Source of the DNA: Candidatus Bipolaricaulota bacterium
GTDB lineage: Bacteria; Bipolaricaulota; Bipolaricaulia; UBA7950; UBA9294
Length of the DNA: 64,000 nt
Reading direction: 5' to 3'
Assembly (NCBI GenBank): GCA_030606565.1
Contig: JAUWGE010000004.1
Coordinates: 3,256-67,255 of the forward strand
A program made the position numbers and the translations under genes. Below the pieces are notes generated by a model. The model was not told the DNA's origin. It made no database searches and saw only the letters and a program-made list of their open reading frames with translations. Shown here one piece after another: positions 61,796-64,000 of the stretch (within the stretch, counting starts at the first letter, position 1; each line of letters opens with the position of its first letter).

Positions 61796-63657
61796 GTGCG
61801 CCTTCCTGGGTTGTTCTCTGCAATGGCGCCACTCAGACCACGTCCAGACCGAAGGGGACGCGACTTCTTGAGCTTGAGAGTCGCATCGGCATAGGGACGC
61901 AAAGAAACGTCAAGATTAACCTCCCCAGGTTTGTTCGAGATGTGTTCTGGTTGCCAGACAGATTTCTCGATCTGCTTCAGCTTGCAGCCTATGTCTTTGC
62001 TGCGGATCGTCTGGCCCCTCGTGGGAGTAGAGATGCTGTCGAATATCAGAGCTGGGCACGCGAGTTCCATTTCATCATTAGGGTACGTGATCTAGATTTT
62101 TGGCAGAGCGAAGATACAGTGGAAGCCTTGTCAGAAGCACTCATCTACATGACAGGGGATCGAGCCTGGTCCTTCGATTTCCAACCATTGACTGATGGGT
62201 CTGTCGATACCTTATTCTGCAGCGAGGAGTTCAAACTTGCTACTTCTCCAACCTCAATAGTGCTTTTCTCGGGCGGCTTGGACTCGCTAGGCGGGGCAGT
62301 TGACAGACTTGAGAGCTCAACCGATCATGTTTGCCTGGTTAGTCACCAATCAAGTCCTCGACAGGTGAAATCACAAGACAGCCTCGCAAATGCCTTGGCA
62401 ACACGGTACCCAGACCGCACCAGCCATTACCGCTTCCCTTGCACCTTAAAGAGTCCCGCCACCTCCAGAGAAGAGACGCAGAGGACTCGATCTTTCCTCT
62501 TCACAGTTATTGCTTTCTCTCTTGCCAAGGCATTGGGACAGGAGAAGGTGTTTCTGTATGAGAACGGCACCACAAGCCTCAACCTCATGAGAAGAGAGGA
62601 CCTTGGGAACGCGCGCGCAAGTAGGACGACTCATCCGAAGACCCTCAGGAATCTTGAAGCCTTCTTTTCCCTCGCATTTGAATCACATGTTGCCATAGAC
62701 AATCCTTTCTTCTGGAAAACCAAGGCTGACGTCTTTACGTTCCTCGGCGCGAGCCCGCATGGAGACCTAGCCTCCAGCGCAGTCTCATGCTCAAGACTCA
62801 GCAGGAGTACTAGGAGCGCCTCGCACTGTGGGACTTGCTTTCAATGCATCGACCGTAGACTCGCAGCGTACTCGTCCTCATGCGAAGACATCGATGGCCC
62901 AGGCAATTACGCGCAAGATTTCCTGATGCACGCTGCTCCAACAGCCGAAGACCAGACGACTCTCGTTGACTACCTAAGGCAAGCAGGGGAATTCATGGAG
63001 CTAGTCCCGGATTCCCTGATGATGTCTCGGCTACGCGAACTCTCTGACATAGTTGAGTTCGTACCAGGCTATTCAGACGATCTATCGGCAGTGGGCAACA
63101 TCACGACGCTCCTTCAAAGACATGGACAACAGGTAAGGGCTGCTCTTAAGCGAATCCAGGCTCTCTATGAAGAGCCCTTTGCCAAGCTTGAGAACGGCTC
63201 TCTTCTTTCGCTAGTCGCGACTCGCGAGCATCTGAAAGCCCCAGTCGCACGCTTAGTTGGTTCCCTAGAGTCTATCCTGCAAAGAGCCATACCCACCATG
63301 TTCAGAAAGCATCAGCCTGCAGACGAGCCTGACCTCAACGCGAAGATGCACGCACTGCTTGCAGGTCATAGAGAGGATCTTCACAGCGAACACCCAGCAG
63401 CGTCTTTCGCTTGCGCAGGCTTCATTCCAGATCACACGTTGAGCGAGGTAGACGTGTTGATTGAGGCCAAATACCTAAGAGGGAATACGAGCCCCAGCAA
63501 AGCCCGAGATGGAATATTGGCTGATCTCACCAATTGTCCTGCCAACTCCCATATTCTTTTCCTGGTCTACGATCCATATCACGCCGTACCAGACGACTCA
63601 GAGTTCAAATCCGACTTTGAATCAAAGGGTTCTTGTACCATCTGTATCGTCCATTGA
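61792..63657 (+). CDS. QueC-like PP-loop ATPase with an N-terminal unknown domain and a C-terminal PD-(D/E)xK-like domain
   Basis: PP-loop IVLFSGGLDSLGGA. QueC-like core …FLYENGTTSLNL…RASRTTHP… and a Cys cluster HCGTCFQCIDRRLA. The C-terminal roughly 110 aa read …FIPDHTLSEVDVLIEAKYLRG…ILFLVYD, with D…ExK nuclease-fold spacing. Confidence 0.7.
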   Translation: MSAPSWVVLCNGATQTTSRPKGTRLLELESRIGIGTQRNVKINLPRFVRDVFWLPDRFLDLLQLAAYVFAADRLAPRGSRDAVEYQSWAREFHFIIRVRDLDFWQSEDTVEALSEALIYMTGDRAWSFDFQPLTDGSVDTLFCSEEFKLATSPTSIVLFSGGLDSLGGAVDRLESSTDHVCLVSHQSSPRQVKSQDSLANALATRYPDRTSHYRFPCTLKSPATSREETQRTRSFLFTVIAFSLAKALGQEKVFLYENGTTSLNLMRREDLGNARASRTTHPKTLRNLEAFFSLAFESHVAIDNPFFWKTKADVFTFLGASPHGDLASSAVSCSRLSRSTRSASHCGTCFQCIDRRLAAYSSSCEDIDGPGNYAQDFLMHAAPTAEDQTTLVDYLRQAGEFMELVPDSLMMSRLRELSDIVEFVPGYSDDLSAVGNITTLLQRHGQQVRAALKRIQALYEEPFAKLENGSLLSLVATREHLKAPVARLVGSLESILQRAIPTMFRKHQPADEPDLNAKMHALLAGHREDLHSEHPAASFACAGFIPDHTLSEVDVLIEAKYLRGNTSPSKARDGILADLTNCPANSHILFLVYDPYHAVPDDSEFKSDFESKGSCTICIVH

Positions 63658-63800
63658 AAGGGCTGCGTATTCGGAGTTCCGCTCTCAACATCTTCCACTA
63701 GCAGCGAACCCAAGTGCAGCTTTGGCGAGAACATTGCAGTGGACCCCAAAGATTGGACACCTTCGTTAGAGAATGATAGAGTCCAGGAAGGGGGACCACG

Positions 63801-63890
63801 ATGAGCAAGCGACGAAGATTTACGCCACAGTTCAAGGCTCAGGTTGTGCTGGAAGAGTTGACGGGGACGAGAAGTGGTGCCCCAATATAA
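63801..63890 (+). mobile_element. IS3-family transposase OrfA N-terminal stub (29 codons)
   Basis: MSKRRRFTPQFKAQVVLEELTGTRSGAPI* . The text MSKRRRFTP.FKAQVV.E is the stereotyped start of IS3/IS911-type OrfA, truncated here by a stop. Confidence 0.6.
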
Positions 63891-64000
63891 AAAATGGAGT
63901 CGTATCTTGATTCTTGACTCGAAATCTACTACATGCTCCCGTGTGCTCAGAGAGTAAGAACTCTGCCACTGCAGCAAGGATCACACCAATCTCTAGATCA

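Noticed and set aside
1-64000. Looked for CRISPR arrays, rRNA genes, an integron integrase and a reverse transcriptase or retron.
   Set aside because: No regularly spaced identical repeats, no rRNA-like conserved blocks, no tyrosine-recombinase (R…HxxR…Y) ORF and no YxDD reverse-transcriptase ORF were seen on either strand.

Overview
This is a bacterial chromosomal segment, moderately GC-rich, from a taxon I cannot identify from sequence alone. It spans the replication origin. Three regimes are visible.

(1) Housekeeping blocks:
- 1-10.7 kb: a TetR-flanked MMPL/LolA-like operon, tRNA-Ala, an EamA transporter, pncA-pncB and uvrC.
- 17.2-29.2 kb: M42 peptidase, aminotransferase, PAP2, lysS, greA, rnpA, xseAB, trxB, acyl-CoA ligase, acylphosphatase and rarA.
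- 34.9-43.4 kb: six tRNAs, a two-part DnaA-box origin around dnaA, a DUF721/DciA-like gene, hslVU, thrS and metK.

(2) A 6.4-kb stretch between uvrC and the M42 peptidase (10.7-17.2 kb). It holds small, unrelated minus-strand genes, each followed by a hairpin with RYYYAAC/GTTRRRY arms. This is an integron-type cassette array with no integrase in view (CALIN-like). It also carries two toxin-antitoxin modules and a displaced copy of the uvrC 3' end.

(3) An accessory, defence-type island of at least 20 kb downstream of metK (43.4-64 kb), containing in order:
- a frameshifted DUF4143 ATPase;
- a DUF4062/HATPase_c_4 fusion protein;
- an iteron-like AATCGTCAGA array;
- a truncated type IIG/PglX-like methylase N-terminus;
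- a very large unknown protein plus a roughly 1740-aa DEAD-box/DUF1998 helicase broken by a frame change (Druantia type III-like);
- a palindromic repeat family that separates small modules;
- an MqsR-like toxin with an MqsA-Panacea fusion antitoxin;
- a translationally coupled pair made of an unknown 256-aa protein and a QueC-like PP-loop ATPase fused to a PD-(D/E)xK-like domain;
- an IS3 OrfA stub.

The QueC-like pair is my best candidate for an undescribed system. No rRNA genes and no CRISPR array were seen. All functional calls rest on motifs I recognise in the translations. No database search was run.
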